A DNA stretch of 64,000 bases from Marsupella aquatica (taxonomy: Eukaryota; Plantae; Marchantiophyta), in contig OZ316895.1 of NCBI GenBank assembly GCA_973895155.1, positions 680,435 through 744,434 on the forward strand, read 5' to 3'. Both the position numbers and the translations under genes were made by a program. Below are positions 13,881 to 28,071 of the stretch, piece by piece (positions within the stretch are counted from its first letter, which is position 1; each line of letters begins with the position of its first letter). Below the pieces are notes generated by a model. That model searched no databases, was not told where the DNA came from, and saw only the letters and a program-made list of their open reading frames with translations.

Positions 13881-14871
13881 GTTTATGCTCGCCAAATGTG
13901 CATCATTTCATATCAAAGCTTAGAAAGACACAGCTAGCGAACATTAAAGTCCAACAAAGTCTCGACACCAAAGCTTTTCGAATCTAAGGTCGGCCACAAG
14001 AACTGCATGGCGTCTCTGGGAGAGATATTAATAATACTCAGCCCATAATCCAAGTCGCTCTTATCACGTAATGTTTAGTTAGCAGGCAGGGAGAAAATCT
14101 GCACTCATTGAGATCATGGTCAGAGGTGGCAAGCTCATTTAGTGAAGATTCACAAGCGGAAAGAACCGCGCTCCTCTGCACGATTGGAAAGAAAGCTTGG
14201 TGTGGACAAAAATACTATGTTCAAGAAACCAAGAAATGGTGAGGGTCGATCTTTTAATGCAGCGAGAGTTGACGATGAACTCGGCAAACATCAATGACCC
14301 ATTCTTTTCACAGACAAGTGCCATTTCTCGATTGCGATACGTAGCTTCAGCCAGCTCGGCATGCCAGCGATCAGGGACTCATTCATTTCACAGACGAGTG
14401 CCGCGTTTCGATTGCAACACCTTAAGTCAGCTGAGCAACAACATTAGAGCACCCAACCCAGCGCTACCCAGCGTTGGGCTCTGAACAATCTACAAGTGCA
14501 GCATAGTTCTCAACACTCATATTCCGCGAGAGAGAGTCTTACCAGTCTGGGACTCAATGTACGTTACTTTGCACGCAAATTAAATGATCCGCGCATACGT
14601 AGATAGACGTCGATAGCGAGACAGTGAGAGTCTCACATTGAATGCTTGGAAGCCCCAAATGTCATCGATGGAAGAATTTACGCTTCGTAAGCGCTGTCAT
14701 GAACAATCTCGAAGCTCAGCCACTGCCACTATTATCTTTGCCACGATGATTTACGTCGTTGCATGCCAGTTTCGTAGCCGCCAGGTGAATGTTCCGATTT
14801 TGCGCCTCGAGCCACTTCCTGTGGGATCTGATTCTACTTCGTAAGCCGAACACAACGTGCCCAGTCACGCG

Positions 14872-14910
14872 TGCCAACTGTGGTGCCAACTGTGGTGCCA
14901 ACTGTGGTGG
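14872..14910. repeat. 12-bp tandem repeat (TGCCAACTGTGG)x3
   Basis: Directly visible; lies in the presumed promoter region of the SGS3-like gene. Confidence 0.85.
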
Positions 14911-16289
14911 TCGCACCACGGTTACTTCAGTGCATTACGACGTCTTATATATTAAGAAAAATTGCAAAATAATGGCACCTCACAGGAGGCCCCTGAGAGC
15001 AGCACAGCAAGGCAACCGGGTACAACTGGGGGATTATTATTTTTGGGCAATGAAAAATTAGTGGGGTCATGGCACACTGTATGCTATTGTGTTTCCTGCA
15101 AAATTGGGGCCTCTTACGGTTCTGGGCGTGACTGGTCGCGAGGGCCTTACAATTGGTGCTTGACAAGTCATGACTGTTGTCTTGAACCACAACAATCCCA
15201 GGCACAGTCAACAGTCAGATATGTTTCATTTTTGTCTTGTAGTGACGATGTAACTGATCTTTTTTCAACTATTGCACACTATTTGTAAGATTGAATGGCA
15301 TAAAGTACAAGGGTACAAAAACATCACATGGCTGCAAAGAAAATAGGGTTCGTTAAGACAGTGAGATAAAATACAGAAGTAAAAGTTCAGCTCATGCAAA
15401 GAAAATATGTTTCACACAAATCTATGATACCAAAGAGTTGTGCACATCCTCACTTGCCTTTAGGGAATGACACCTATATCAATTAGAACCATAAACTTAG
15501 AAAACAAAACCATGGGGAGATGTTAAAACAGGAGGTGTCCATATTGTTAAGAATCATTTCTGCTTCACATGAGCCTCATGAGTAGAGATATAATAGCTCT
15601 AGAATAGAAATTCCTGGAAAATTGCCTAAATGCGTTGAATGCACCCTATTGAAAGCTAAAGTTAGTGGATAAGCCTCTAGTTTGTGACTCTAGGGCACCA
15701 CCAAAATATGTGTGCCTGGAATAAAAGATGTGACTGGAGTGCACCACCAAGATGTATGTGCATGGAAAGAAAGAGGTGCATCGAGATAATGACATATGTT
15801 AAAACTATGACATGCATGGCGGTTTTTATGATCATTTCATTAACATTCAAAGAATGGGCATTGAGACTTGTGAAGCAAAAACAACAAAGAGAAAAGTTGG
15901 ATAGGACAATAAAAATATGGTAATATCCTGTTTACAATTATAGAGTGTGGACCATAATGCCCCCCAAAACAATATCTTTCGCTCAAGCTATAAGAGCCTT
16001 TAATTTACTTGCCATAGAGACCTGGTAACATGAAGCTGTAAGTTCATTATGTGTTTGAAGTGAACTTCATTGAAAAACATACTAGCAGCCACTAGATGCA
16101 TGTAAAGCACTCCTTCTTGGTAGGTAATTCCCACAAATAAAATACCCTTGAAGCTCTTGGACATTCTTTGTGGAAGTCACACTCCTTGGAGGGCATTCCA
16201 TTACACACTGCCTGACATTATTACAGGTGAACCCAATTAAACCCTCCAAAATGCATTTTAAATTCCATATTATAGCCTCATTTTTAGAA

Positions 16290-17600
16290 ACCAAAACTTG
16301 GATGGACTCAAAGGTTGTCTCTCATCATTTGCATGGACTGTGACACATAAACTGATCAGTGTACACCTAATGATGAGATAATCTAGATAATGAATCTTCT
16401 CATTGACTGTTTGTCTGCATTTTAATTAGGTTAAAAGACCGTGTGTACCTGAAAGGGAATTGAAAACATGCATGGAATGGAGTAAAAATCTCACTACGTC
16501 CCCAACAGCAAAGTAATTGAAGCGCTCATTGTAACAAGAACAATAATCTTTGAAAAACATAATTTCTTGGAGCTCCGCAGTGGAAAATTACTTGAACCGC
16601 TCTTTGGGCAAGAGCAACGCTCTCTGGAAAACATGATTCTCAACAATACTCCTTTAGAATAAAATCTGAGGTAGCTTTGCAACAGCAAAATAAAAATAAG
16701 TCAAAACCCTCCTTAACAAGAGTGACATTCTATGAAAAATAGAATTCTGTAATTAAAATGTTTTGCATATTAAAATGTCCTTTGGCTTTGCAATGGCAAA
16801 ATTACTACAGTCCGATAACCGAACCCTTGGGACCCTCTTCAACCCCAGGATGTGATGAGTCGACATTGAGGTGCCAAATGACTCCATTGATAAGAGCTCT
16901 TCCCCCGTGGTTGGGAGGGGGGTGCTGTGGTTTGACCCGTTGTGTACGAATATAAAATATTTATTTTGCCATGCGGCAAAACAACGGACAAGAAGAAGAA
17001 TCTATGAAAATCAAGATTTCCCCCCTAGTTTCCTCAGTTGGTGTGAATTGTTCCACTCGTTCATGGGTTGGTATGTTGTTTGCTTCCCTTTTTTTCAGGG
17101 TTTCTGCAGTCCATTATAAATAATATTCTTGAAAAAAATTGAGTTCATTTTATTTTTTGTCGTAATTGAAGAAACTATTTGAGGTGCTATGAGTGAAATG
17201 TGAAGTGCTTAGTCTGCACATACTTTCATTGACCATAAAGGCCAGATAAGGTGCTCAGACACCTGAATGTACCTTACTTTTTGTCTTTCTTATTGAACTC
17301 TAAAAACATGGTTAGGGTACTATCTGGAGGGAAAAGGATAATAAGAGAATAAACCCCCAAATAAAGCAATGCTTGCGATCAAGACTCCCATGGTAAGTGA
17401 CATGAAATGTTTTGGACACAAGACAAGATTCTTTTTGGACAGAAATGATGATGGAGAGAAGTGTTAAGAACAACATTCAGGCATATCTCTATGTATTAGT
17501 TCAGTCCATCCAAGTTTGGCTTGTCCATGGGGGTTTGACAAAGTATCAGTCCATCCGGGCTTTAAGTTCCCATTTTGAACACACTAACTCAATCAAACCC
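16290..17600. mobile_element. Degenerate non-autonomous TIR-type repeat, copy 1 (inverted homolog of 42869-44090)
   Basis: Ends carry inverted motifs aaaacttggatggact (16293) and cagtccatccgggcttt (17547). Spurious ORFs 17412+ and 42855- share AYLYVLxQSIQV...QSIRALSS. Confidence 0.55.
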
Positions 17601-18374
17601 TAATTAAAGAATACATATTCCTTCTGGCATATCAAAGTTTCATAATTGTGGAACACAAGCTCAATGCCTGTGCATTGCACAATATGAGTGGAAATACAAT
17701 TTAATGTAATTGTCAAATAGTCGGACACTATGGGGAGTCAATGATTCGGCCTGACAATTGAATTTTAAGATTAAATGTGCAAGGTGTGAGGAGAGTGTTT
17801 GGGTTGGGCATAGGAAAGGTCCGCATTAGCACCTTGAGGTCCATGTCATCATTGGGAATAAATGTCACCATAATTGAAAGCCAGCCTGAAAAACCGTTGA
17901 TTGTGTTACCATGAAAGCAGATCAAGAGAAAGAACATGAAAAATAACAAACCATTGATGTTAACATAAAAGCAAACCATGAGAAAAAAAGACCAAAAAGA
18001 ACAAACCAAGCACAACCAGATATTATCCAAGTGAGTAGATTAGATGAGACTAGACTAGGTAAATGAAGACAATCAGACACTACAGAATGAGTAAAATGTA
18101 TAACTATTCCAACCCATATCCTGAAGTTTCATTATTTTTTCACAGTGTATCTGACGGGGCACAGCAAACTTTTTGGGAAACATCGCCAGGTCGACACATC
18201 CGGTACGTGGCAGTCCCAGGACTGCACCACGCCAGCACGCCACGCTTCGTCCCGGGCTCTCCATGCTCTAGGCCGCGACCTCTCTGCGACACGACTACGT
18301 ACTACGACTGCAGTTCCCTTAGGTCTGCCCTTCCACCATACAAGTATTTCCCGTTTCCGACCATGACCCAAACA

Positions 18375-18485
18375 CCCTCGTCCGGTTTGGTCGTGCCGCA
18401 GTTCAGTCCCTCCGGTTTGATCGTTACGCAGTTCGGGCCGTCCGGTTTGGCAGGGTCGGAGTTCGGCCCTTCCGGTTTGTGGTCG
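18375..18485. repeat. Imperfect 30-bp-period repeat with a TCCGGTTTG core, 4 copies
   Basis: tccggtttg recurs every 30 nt in a GC-rich block upstream of the SLH-domain gene. Confidence 0.7.
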
Positions 18486-19598
18486 ATGGTTCTTTTGTCT
18501 TTAGGGCTGCCCGCGTGTCTTTGTGCCCTGTAGAGTGACGACTGCAGTGTTCGTCGTTCTGCGGTCGTTCGCTGTGGCGACCATGCTGGCGATGACGACG
18601 AGCTTCTCGAGCACAAACAGCAGCATCAGGACGGGCGTCGGGAGGTCTGGTGCCATCTCCGAGCCCCTCTCCTCGTGCCCAAATTGTCCGTTCGATCACT
18701 CAGCACTGTGGTGGTGGTGATTTCTGTGTGCCGACTCCCACGACTCGCTGCAGCAGAAGCTCTTTGCGGCGCTTTTACGCGGTTTGGTTTGCATTTTACT
18801 TGGTGGCCATCTGTGCCCTTCTGCCTGATCGCGGCGGCTTCTCGTTTCGCGGTGAGATCACCGAGAATGCCTGTTCCGGATCGGTCCCGATGTCGGCGAT
18901 CTTGCGACGCTGTTCCCTAGGGGATGTGCGTTCCTACCGCCCACTGCGTCTCACGAGATTGGCGGCAATTCTCAATTCATCGTAGGAGGAAAGTGTTGTT
19001 GGGGTCTTGGGTTTGCGCACTGAAGGAGAGACGAGCTTTCCAGCAGCCGAGCAGATGTGGGATAAGCAATTGTCGTCAATTGGTTGTCTCAGGCATTTGG
19101 TTGTACTGAGCACTCTTCGGTGAGGAAAGCCTGGTTCCGGTTCTTTGGTGCATGCCTTGCGAGCAAGCGCCATCTGAAACATGCACCGGGCATTGTTGGC
19201 TGCAAACCACTTGTAGGATGTAGTAAGTTCGCAGTTAGGGAATCATATCATGTTTATTTCCAATCCAGACTGCCCACCGGTCATTCTTTGATGGAGCCTG
19301 GCCTTTCTTTATCGTGCTCTCTTAGGGCGTCAGGGGCCTGATCGATCGGAGTCTGGACAGGGGGCAGGACAGGGCAGAGAAGCCTATGACAAGTGCACAA
19401 TTGAGGCATGTCCTCTAGTTTCATGCAACCCGTCACGATTTTTTAAGTTGAGCTGGATCTCGGGACAAGTTCGGATAAATGCTGTACAATAGATACATCG
19501 AAGAAGCACATTACTATTAGCGCATTGGTCACCGAATTTCCGAGTTTTATTGTATCTTGCTCGATCATTTAACTGCTGTTGCATGAGGTGTCGTGCAA

Positions 19599-22500
19599 AT
19601 GGCGTTGGCGCTTTGCATATCCGCGCCTTTCTTTACATCGCGCCGGCACCAAGCAAACCCGGGATCGATCCTCCCTCTTTGGTCCTGTCGCGTACATTTT
19701 CGGTGCCCTCGTAGGTGTGGCATCAGTTGCGATGCCGGGGAGACATCCGGCCCAGTAGGTTCGCCGAAGACTGTCCCAGAATCGACTAATTCTCCTTCAT
19801 GGATACATGTGGAGCCTGCCAAGGATGCTTATGCGGGTTGGGCACCTCTCGACAGCGACGATGACGGTAACAGGCGGGCAGGTTGGATGACCTGAGTGGT
19901 CTGAATTCTCTGATTTCATGACTCTGACTAGAAATCGTTTTGTGTATTGTCGAAACCCCTCCTCCCCTCCTAGCAAAATCCGGTTTTCTTTGTGATGTTA
20001 AGCTTTGAAAGATTTTATTTGACGATATTTTTCGTATAATTGTGATGCCTTGCTCCTTCGTTTTATTTACGAATATATGTGAATTTAATGTGGGTGTCAA
20101 GCGGAGTCTAACATGCAACGAACACGTTAAATTCTGAAGTTTTAAGCTGGAATAATACTTGATCTGCAGGATTACTAAAGATTGCGGCAGGAGTTGCACT
20201 AGCTTTTACATTTTCTCTGGTTACATATGCTGCATATTCGAGATCAGGTACTCATATGATATGAAACGTTCCTCATTGTGATGCTCTTGGCTTAGTGATT
20301 TGTTTCCGGATGTCACCTGGAATCTAATAAAGCTGCATGAATTCTCCAGGAACGAAGCATGCCGTTGTCTATTCGGTTACAACCCTACAACAAGAAGAGA
20401 AACCCTCTCGATCAGACAAATCACAGGATGCACACAACCCTTCGACCTCTGATATCTCTAGCACGGCTTCATCAAACGATAACAAGCAGGAATTGCATGG
20501 AGAGAATCCACAACCTGAAGCAGCCAGTGCTTCTGGCCTGCACCAGAAGGAGACTGCTCCAGGTCAGGATTCCTTTCCAAGTAAGGATGTGGAAAAATAC
20601 AGTGATGAAGAGAATGCTTTGCCTACGGCCTCCTTTAGTGACTCGGACCTAGAATCGAGTGATGAGTTTGATCACAGGGATGTAGCGAAAGTGGACAACG
20701 AATCCACTTTATCTTCCGTGGATCAGGAGCAGCCCTTTAATGACGGTCTTAACGCTACATCTGATGTGAAGGAAAACGATGAAGTGTCAACAGAGGATAA
20801 ACTTAATTTGGAATCGAGTGGTTCTCCTAGTCCAGCCTCGGATATAGCTGAACCATCTTCTGATAAGTCTGATGTGTCTGATTCTCCTAGTAAATCCACG
20901 TCAGAAAACATGCTTGAAGTTGAAATAGTGGACTTTGGTGAGATTCCAGTAGAACATTCTGCCAGGGATGAGTCGATCAGAGGCCCTGAGGAGTCTAATG
21001 AGGTGAAGCGTGAAGCTGAGCCATCGCCAGAATCTAAAGAAGAGACGTTCCTAGTCTCTGCCTCACTAGTTGTTCCTAAGGGAGTTGCTGATGATGTCCT
21101 TGAATTGCTGGGGTTGGATACTGAACCCGAAGTGGGTGATCTGGACTTGAGTTCGCCTGAGCCTGGTCAAATGAAAGAAAGCCCCTCTGTTCTTGAAACC
21201 CTATCATCATCTCTGGGCTCTGAATCTTGGCAATCGGAATCTGTGGAATATTTTGGCATACCTGCTCCCTCTGCTCCATCGGCAGCTGCGCAAGCAAGAC
21301 CAGGGAGCGTAGTTGTTCCTGCTACAATTGACCATGAGCAAGAGCAGGCGATGGCAGTTCTTCAGGCTCTGAAGGTTCGTTAATTTGATTCAGGTCCCAT
21401 CTATTTTATTCTATGTGGACTATGAGAAATGAATGATGAGTAGTGTAAGATTTGTTCCAGTGACAGAAATCTGTGAAAGTTTAGAAATTTTCAAATTTTC
21501 AGTTGGATCTCGCACCTTTTTAGGTGGAACGAAGCAGCCTGCATTGTCATTTGTCGTCGTCGTCCTAACTTGAGCATGAAAGCTTAAACGTACTCCCCAG
21601 GATTATGTGGGCTGTGGCACGTCAAAGCTTTCATGTGAGGTATGAGGTCACTAAATGTTCACTATGAAATGCAGGTCATTGAGCCAGAAGTTGAGGCCGG
21701 AGGTATATGTACCAGAAGGGAGTATGCTCGGTGGCTAATAGCAATTTCTGGTGCACTAGCCAGGTTAGTGCTCGCAACATTCAGAATGAGATGGAAGGAA
21801 ACAATTGTTGGACAAGTCAAACTCTTGTTTTTCTAAATGAAAGGTGGCGTACGTACATCTAATACATCTTCAGTTGCCTATTTAGTTATTGCGGGCAGCA
21901 AGGCTAGACCTGTTAGTTTCTGTCTCTAAGAGAACCATTGTGCACTTTTTTGTGAAAGTCCGATTGAAATTATTTCGAGTTTTGAATTTTTTCCCTTTCA
22001 TTTTGTGACGGTTTTGTGCTCTATTTGCAGGAGTCCGGCTAAAAAAGTGGTCCCTGCCATGTATATTGAAACCGTGTCAGAACTGGCATTTAATGATGTG
22101 GTCCCTGAAGATCCGGACTTCCCCTACATACAGGGTAAGGCGTTCGAGCGATTGTGCTTAAACTTGATTTGCATGCGAATGATTACCTTTCAGGTCTTTA
22201 GCACCTGGTCTTCATTGACGGGCAAACTACAATATCATAATTTAATTCTCTCTAAATTTTAGGAATCTCAGTCTTGCCTCACAAAGGAGAGTATGAAAAT
22301 TCCTCGTGACATGACAGATGCATGATGTCTTCATTAGCACAGCCAATGTCTTGTTACTGGAGACTAATTTAAATGCGGGTACTGCATATGTAGGACTAGC
22401 TGAAGCAGGGTTAATTTCGAGCAATCTGTCCCGCCATGACTCAAATGAAGATAGTCGATCCACAAACGGGGCTGTGTTCCTTCCTGATAGGTATATACTT

Positions 22501-24701
22501 CTGACTGTTTTCTGCTTTAGGGCGCGCAAGTTCCGAATAAGTAAGACTTAGAAGTTTTGATGAGATCTTCTCGACAGTAATTCCACGGTTTGTGGTTGAT
22601 ATTTGCTTATGCAGCCCACTTTCTCGTCAGGATCTTGTTAGCTGGAAAGTAGCTCTTGATGGACACATGGTTCAAGCTATCGATAAACAGGCAAGTTATT
22701 GCCGAGCTTTGCTTTAATGTCCTGCCTTGGTTTGGGATTCCTACCTTTTGAGCATGTGTCGTTTTGGTTCGAGTTTTTTGTTGGAACATTTTAGCCTGGC
22801 AAATCCTAGCAGTGAAGCATCTTCATCGTACATCGTACATCTTCTTACTGTGGCCCACCGGAATTCCTATCACTTGACAAGCTCGGTTAATTACCTGTGA
22901 AAACTACAGAAATTGAAGGCGCAAACTGGATATATTGATTTTGATAAAATCAGTGAGGATGCATTGCCTTTTCTGGCAAAAGATTTGGCTGCTGGGGAAA
23001 GGAGTATCATTTCTACAGCATTTGGTAAGTACATCTCAGATGGTTACTTTTTGCATTCCGATGAAGCTTGTTCAAATAATCGAAAAAGGAATGCAATGAT
23101 GAGCAAATTGCACGAAACCTTCTCCAAGATCTTGTGTCGAAGTACAGAGAAACACTATAAACGCAGATTAGGGTCTTTTTCCAAATACTAGCTGCCAAAA
23201 TGTCAGCAACTTTTGTGTAGCTGTGGTAACAATCTATTTGATGAGGAAAACTTCCCCGCACTTCGTTACATGGTTGGAAATTGTCTAAAATTTTCTAGTT
23301 TCCAGGTTTTACAAGAAGGTTTCAAGCGGGCAAGCCAGTCACAAAGGCACAGGCAGCAATTGCTCTTGTTTCTGGTGAGGCAGCAGATGTTGTTGCAGAG
23401 GAGTTGACCAGGGTTGAAGCAGAGGATATAGCGGATGCAGCTGTAGTTGCAGAGCTTGCACTTGAGGCTCGTGCCCAGAAGCATTTGGATGAGTATTTCA
23501 ACACGGAACTGAAGCTGGAAAAGGACTCCAGACTTTCGCTCGAGAAGCAGTTGGAAGAGGTGAAGACTGAATTGGACAGGGTGGTGAAGGGAAGGGAGGA
23601 GCAGAGGGTATCGTTTGAAAATATCCAATCTGCAGTGCAAGCTGAAAGAGACCTGCTTCACAGATATAGGCGAGATCTGGACGAGCAACTTCAAGCGATG
23701 ACCGCACACCAGGTTGAAGTAAGGATCGAAAAGGACAGGCTGGAAACCCTCCGAATCGAAGCAGAGAAAGGAAATCATGTACTGACAGATAAAAAAACTG
23801 AAGTGGAGGTTGAGAAGAGAGCTCTAATATTAGCCAGGTGAGGAATATTGGGTACATGTGTGTAGTATTGGTGGCTCTGAACAAGATGGTTGTTTTCTGG
23901 GTTGCTTAATTGCTACACCTTCTCTGGCTATAGTTGCGTTGGAATTTTAAGTGTGCTAAGTTGGTCAGAGCTCTTAAAAATTGCTTGCAAACGCGGCTTT
24001 ACCCAAGAGGCTCCGCTGGAATTGATTTCTAGTACAGCTCTGGTGACAGCATCTAAGGTGGCTTGAAAATTTTGGCCCATAATTAATGTATTATATTTTC
24101 ACCTCCCTTTGCATGCATAGTAGCATCTGTAATATATACTTTGTTCCGGAGTGACAGGATGTGGGCAGAGGATGAGGCAAAGAAGGCTCGCGCCCATGCC
24201 AAATTGCTAGAAGAAGCAAGAAGACGGTGGGAAGGCAAGGGGATCCAGGTGAAGGTCGACAAGGACTTGGATGAAGACAATATCCCTGCACTGGGTTGGA
24301 AATACGGTGGTCGAAATTCAACACTGAACAAATTTTTGCAAAGACCTCCCGTGCAAGATATTTTGGAAAAGGCTGGAAAACTTAAATCCAGGGTAGTTGA
24401 AAGATTCTTCCAGTTGCTGGAGGCTGTTAGACAAGCTCTAGCTAATCTTCGACAAAAGACAAGTGACTCCTATCAAGCCGTGAAAGAAAAGGGGGCAAAA
24501 TCATTACAAGAAGTAGGCTATAAAGCCCGTGTAGTCCAGCAAGACACAAGTGCAGTTGTCTCCAGAAAGGCACAAGAAGTACAGGATGCTACAAGGTCCA
24601 CTCTTGGTGGTGTTTCCTCCAATGTCACGAAAGGTACAAAAAAAATTGCAGATGGTTTCCGGGGAGAAGCTCAAAAACTAGCAGGGAAGTTCAAGAGCTA
24701 A
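19599..24701 (+). CDS. SLH (S-layer homology)-domain plastid envelope protein, At5g23890/At5g52410-like, multi-exon
   Basis: Transit-peptide-like N-terminus MALALCISAPFF..., then DAYAGW, a TM exon (~20170-20247) and a long acidic exon ending GIPAPS...VVVPATID..Q..A..VLQALK. Conserved blocks follow: VIEPEV..GICTRREYARWL, PAMYIETVSELAFNDVVPEDPDFPYIQGLAEAGLISSNLS, coiled coil, WAEDEAKKARAHAKLLEEARRRWE. Stop at 24701. Confidence 0.85.
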
Positions 24702-27700
24702 ACAACAATGCCAACAGAAGATTGTGTCGTCGTTTATGGAGTGGCCGGACTTGGAAAGACACCGGAGGTTGCGGGAAGATCAATTGTGCAGAGGAGAGGC
24801 AAGGAATAGGCTATGTATAGCAAAGTGAAACAGCTTTTACGTGGCAGTCCCATCCGATCTCAAAGATCAGGCTATCAGGACTGACATGAGACTAGAAGAG
24901 GACGATCATTTCCTGGCTAGTGTACTGTTGGTTTTGCAGGTTACACATGTAACATTAATGTCTAACTTGTAAGAGGTTTCTAGAAGCATAATTAAATATG
25001 CCGAACATCAATCACTCAGCCTTGTCGGTTCATCGTTTACGCCCACTCCTGACTGGTCTGCAAATGCCGGGCAGGGTTTCATGGGATATGGAAAAGCCAT
25101 TTTTCCATCTTTTGAGGAGCGGATACAATTAACACAAGGATTCAGAAAATTAGGAGTTGTGGGGTCATAATAAGCACTGAGGTTCATTGTAACCTCCACA
25201 TACTTATTTTGAACAACTCACAGGGTGGATCCTTCTTTTAAGTAGCAGTATAGACACTAAATGGATTCCATACAATCAATCTGGAAATCCTGGTGCAGTG
25301 CTTTATTTTAACATACTAGCCTGCGATTTACATAGCAGTGGATATCGAGTTGGTCCCGAAATCACTCTGCTCAAGAAAGATGGAAGGCGGGCCACATTTC
25401 TCATTTCTGTTGGTGTTCAACACATCAAGTAGGTAAGGTTAGGCTGGGTGCTATATACTATCTACGAATTGTGGATAAAGTCTTCCAGATGGATAAGTTT
25501 CTGAAAACGCTCCTTATCAAATAGCAAGAGCAGACGCAAAGCTATGCTCTGCAGATTCAAAACCTGTCATGGAAATAGTCATGCCAGGATCAGGATGTTA
25601 CTCATAGCAAGGCCAAACTGCCCATTAAACACAGAAAGGACAAGTGCCAAATGAAGCAAGGTGCAGGGACCGCTTCATTACACAACGCACCCAGGAAACC
25701 TTCTGCATACTGACAGCCCGTGTCCTTTCTAGCCATGAGCCTTGTATTTCTTTGCAGTTTTGTACAGCAAACGGAGGGACACGTTGTGACAGTCTTGTTG
25801 GAAAAGAGACCTACAAAGGCCTTTTAGTAACACGAGCCCTTAGTTGCCACACAAGGCAAAATGGTTCTGCCCTATTTCTTCTCACATGTAATTGGCAAAC
25901 CTGATACTTGGAAACTATTTACATGTACCCTTACTTACCACAAACGCAAAGAGAGTCCATCCTATTTTCTTCACATGTATTTGGCAAACCTGAGGATTGG
26001 AGACTGCAAGGCGTGAATTGACTATGTATTTGGGCAGTTATCCACCAGATTAGTGAAAGCAATTGAGAACCAAACTTCCCCCTTAGTGCAATTATATTGC
26101 ATTGTATATCATGTTGACACATTGACACTACTATATGGCTAATCCACCTTTCAGTGTTTTGTCTTACTAAGAATTTTACTTTGATGTGCCATAACAAAAT
26201 GCATCACTTGTATAATTTACATTTTAGATCTCTTTGACACTCTTCTAAGTGTTTTATCTTCCTAACTAGCCCAATGCACAAATGATGTTAAGGAGGGAAA
26301 GAGATGTCAAGGGAATAAATGATGTTGACGGGAGAAAAAGATGTCGTGATGAGATAAAGATGTCAATGTGAGAAAAAATTGGCAAGATGAGAAACAGATT
26401 TCAAGACAAGATAAAGTTGTTGTGGTGTTGTTAAATATGAGGTTCAATAACCTGTGGGTTGTACATGGAAATTGGAGATGTGATATAAATGACCACCACA
26501 TCATAGAATCCAAGCACAACCAAGTGATAGGGAAAATATAGTTTTGTTTTAAATTCTTAGATAATATATATGTTATTAAAGAGAAAGATATGTCATCATT
26601 TTGGGAAAATTTTATTGCGGAAGTCTTGTTGAAAGGATTGTCATCTACCAGGATGTTGTTATGGAGATGATAATAAATGGGGTATAGAAACCTGTAGAGA
26701 AATAAAATAAAAGGAAAAAATAATGTTCCCTTTCACCCTTTTGCCACATCTAAAGTTTCAGAAATTTTGTGATTTAAATCCTATAGCCACAATCACTTCC
26801 CCCTTTTTTAATTTTCAGAAACTGACCATGAGAGTAAAAAGATGGGATAGCATATTATAGTTGTAGATATGCTAGAGCTACCTTCCCCACTACATTAAGT
26901 TTTAAATATAGTGCATTCACCCCCTTTAGCAGATTTTATGGAATTTCTGCTCCTTCTAGTGGATGAGAGAGAATTGATACTTTGGATGTGGACTCCTCCT
27001 GGTTTAAGTCCTCCTCAAACTTTTATTTGCTAAACATATGGTTTTTATTGCCATTATCAGAAGCAAAGGAGGATATTCTGTATCTTATGTGCACAATTTT
27101 TTATTGATTTGAGTGTCATTAAGCAAGCGAGAATTTGTACTTTAAGTGCACTTTTAAGGACTTGTACTTTTCCTTGTCATATGTAACATCTATTTTTAGT
27201 TTGGCATGCTGTATTTTTCCCACTCAAACCTATCAAATACTATGCAACAGTCTTTTACATCTACAAGACAAAAAAACATGGAGCCGGTAAACATGCTATT
27301 AATATCATTTTGTAATTCTATATTGGTGTACAAGTAAAGTGATTTTCTTTTTGTTCATAGAAGTAAGCTGTAAAGTGTAGTTTACTAGTTTCAGTTTGTT
27401 ATCTTGCACACCTGGATACAACTGAAAAAACTACTTTACCTGTTGAATAGGAAATAAGTCCACATAACTATGAACTCACTCTATCCAATTGTTGATACAC
27501 CAAACTCTACTGTTGTAGTGTTTACCTGACAAGCTATTAGGATGATTATTTAGTCTTTGCAACTTCTGTTTCAGTCATGACATAGCTCAGGAGATAGAGC
27601 CCGCGATACATGCCAATCATAAAGATTTCAAATTGATATTGAGCCGCAAATTGTATTGCAAAATGGTAGTGGTGACAATTGCAATTGTAAACCTCAAGTT

Positions 27701-28071
27701 CTAATTCCAAGAATTATTCACAGTCAGAAGAGTTCTGACAGTGTTCCCCTTTATTGAAAACAGCAATTAATATAGTGTGCAAACCAATACAGATATTCCT
27801 AAATCTCTATGACTACAGGACTTTTAATCACCAGTGTCTTGCAAAGTACAAACTGTTGAGTTTTAAAACCAGGAATTGGTTTTTCTTGAGTCTCAAATAA
27901 CCCAAAGAGTTGTTTTGTGATGCATTGCAGGTTTCATCAAAAGTAACTCATAAATTGAGATGTTGATCATTCATGCTGACCTTGTAGTTGAGCATGAAAC
28001 TTCATTTTGTAAGACCTACATAAACATATATACATATATATAAAATCATTTGTCTACTTTCCATCAAAATT

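Noticed and set aside
18583-18720. Alternative start for the SLH gene (MLAMTTS...)
   Set aside because: The ATG at 19599 already gives a contiguous transit-peptide-like sequence into the conserved exon; the upstream ORF is more likely 5' leader.
25008-25560. Stop-interrupted protein-like reading on the - strand (FDKERFQKLIHLEDF...NLSAYYDPTTPNFLNPC)
   Set aside because: May be an old pseudogene, but no family could be recognised.
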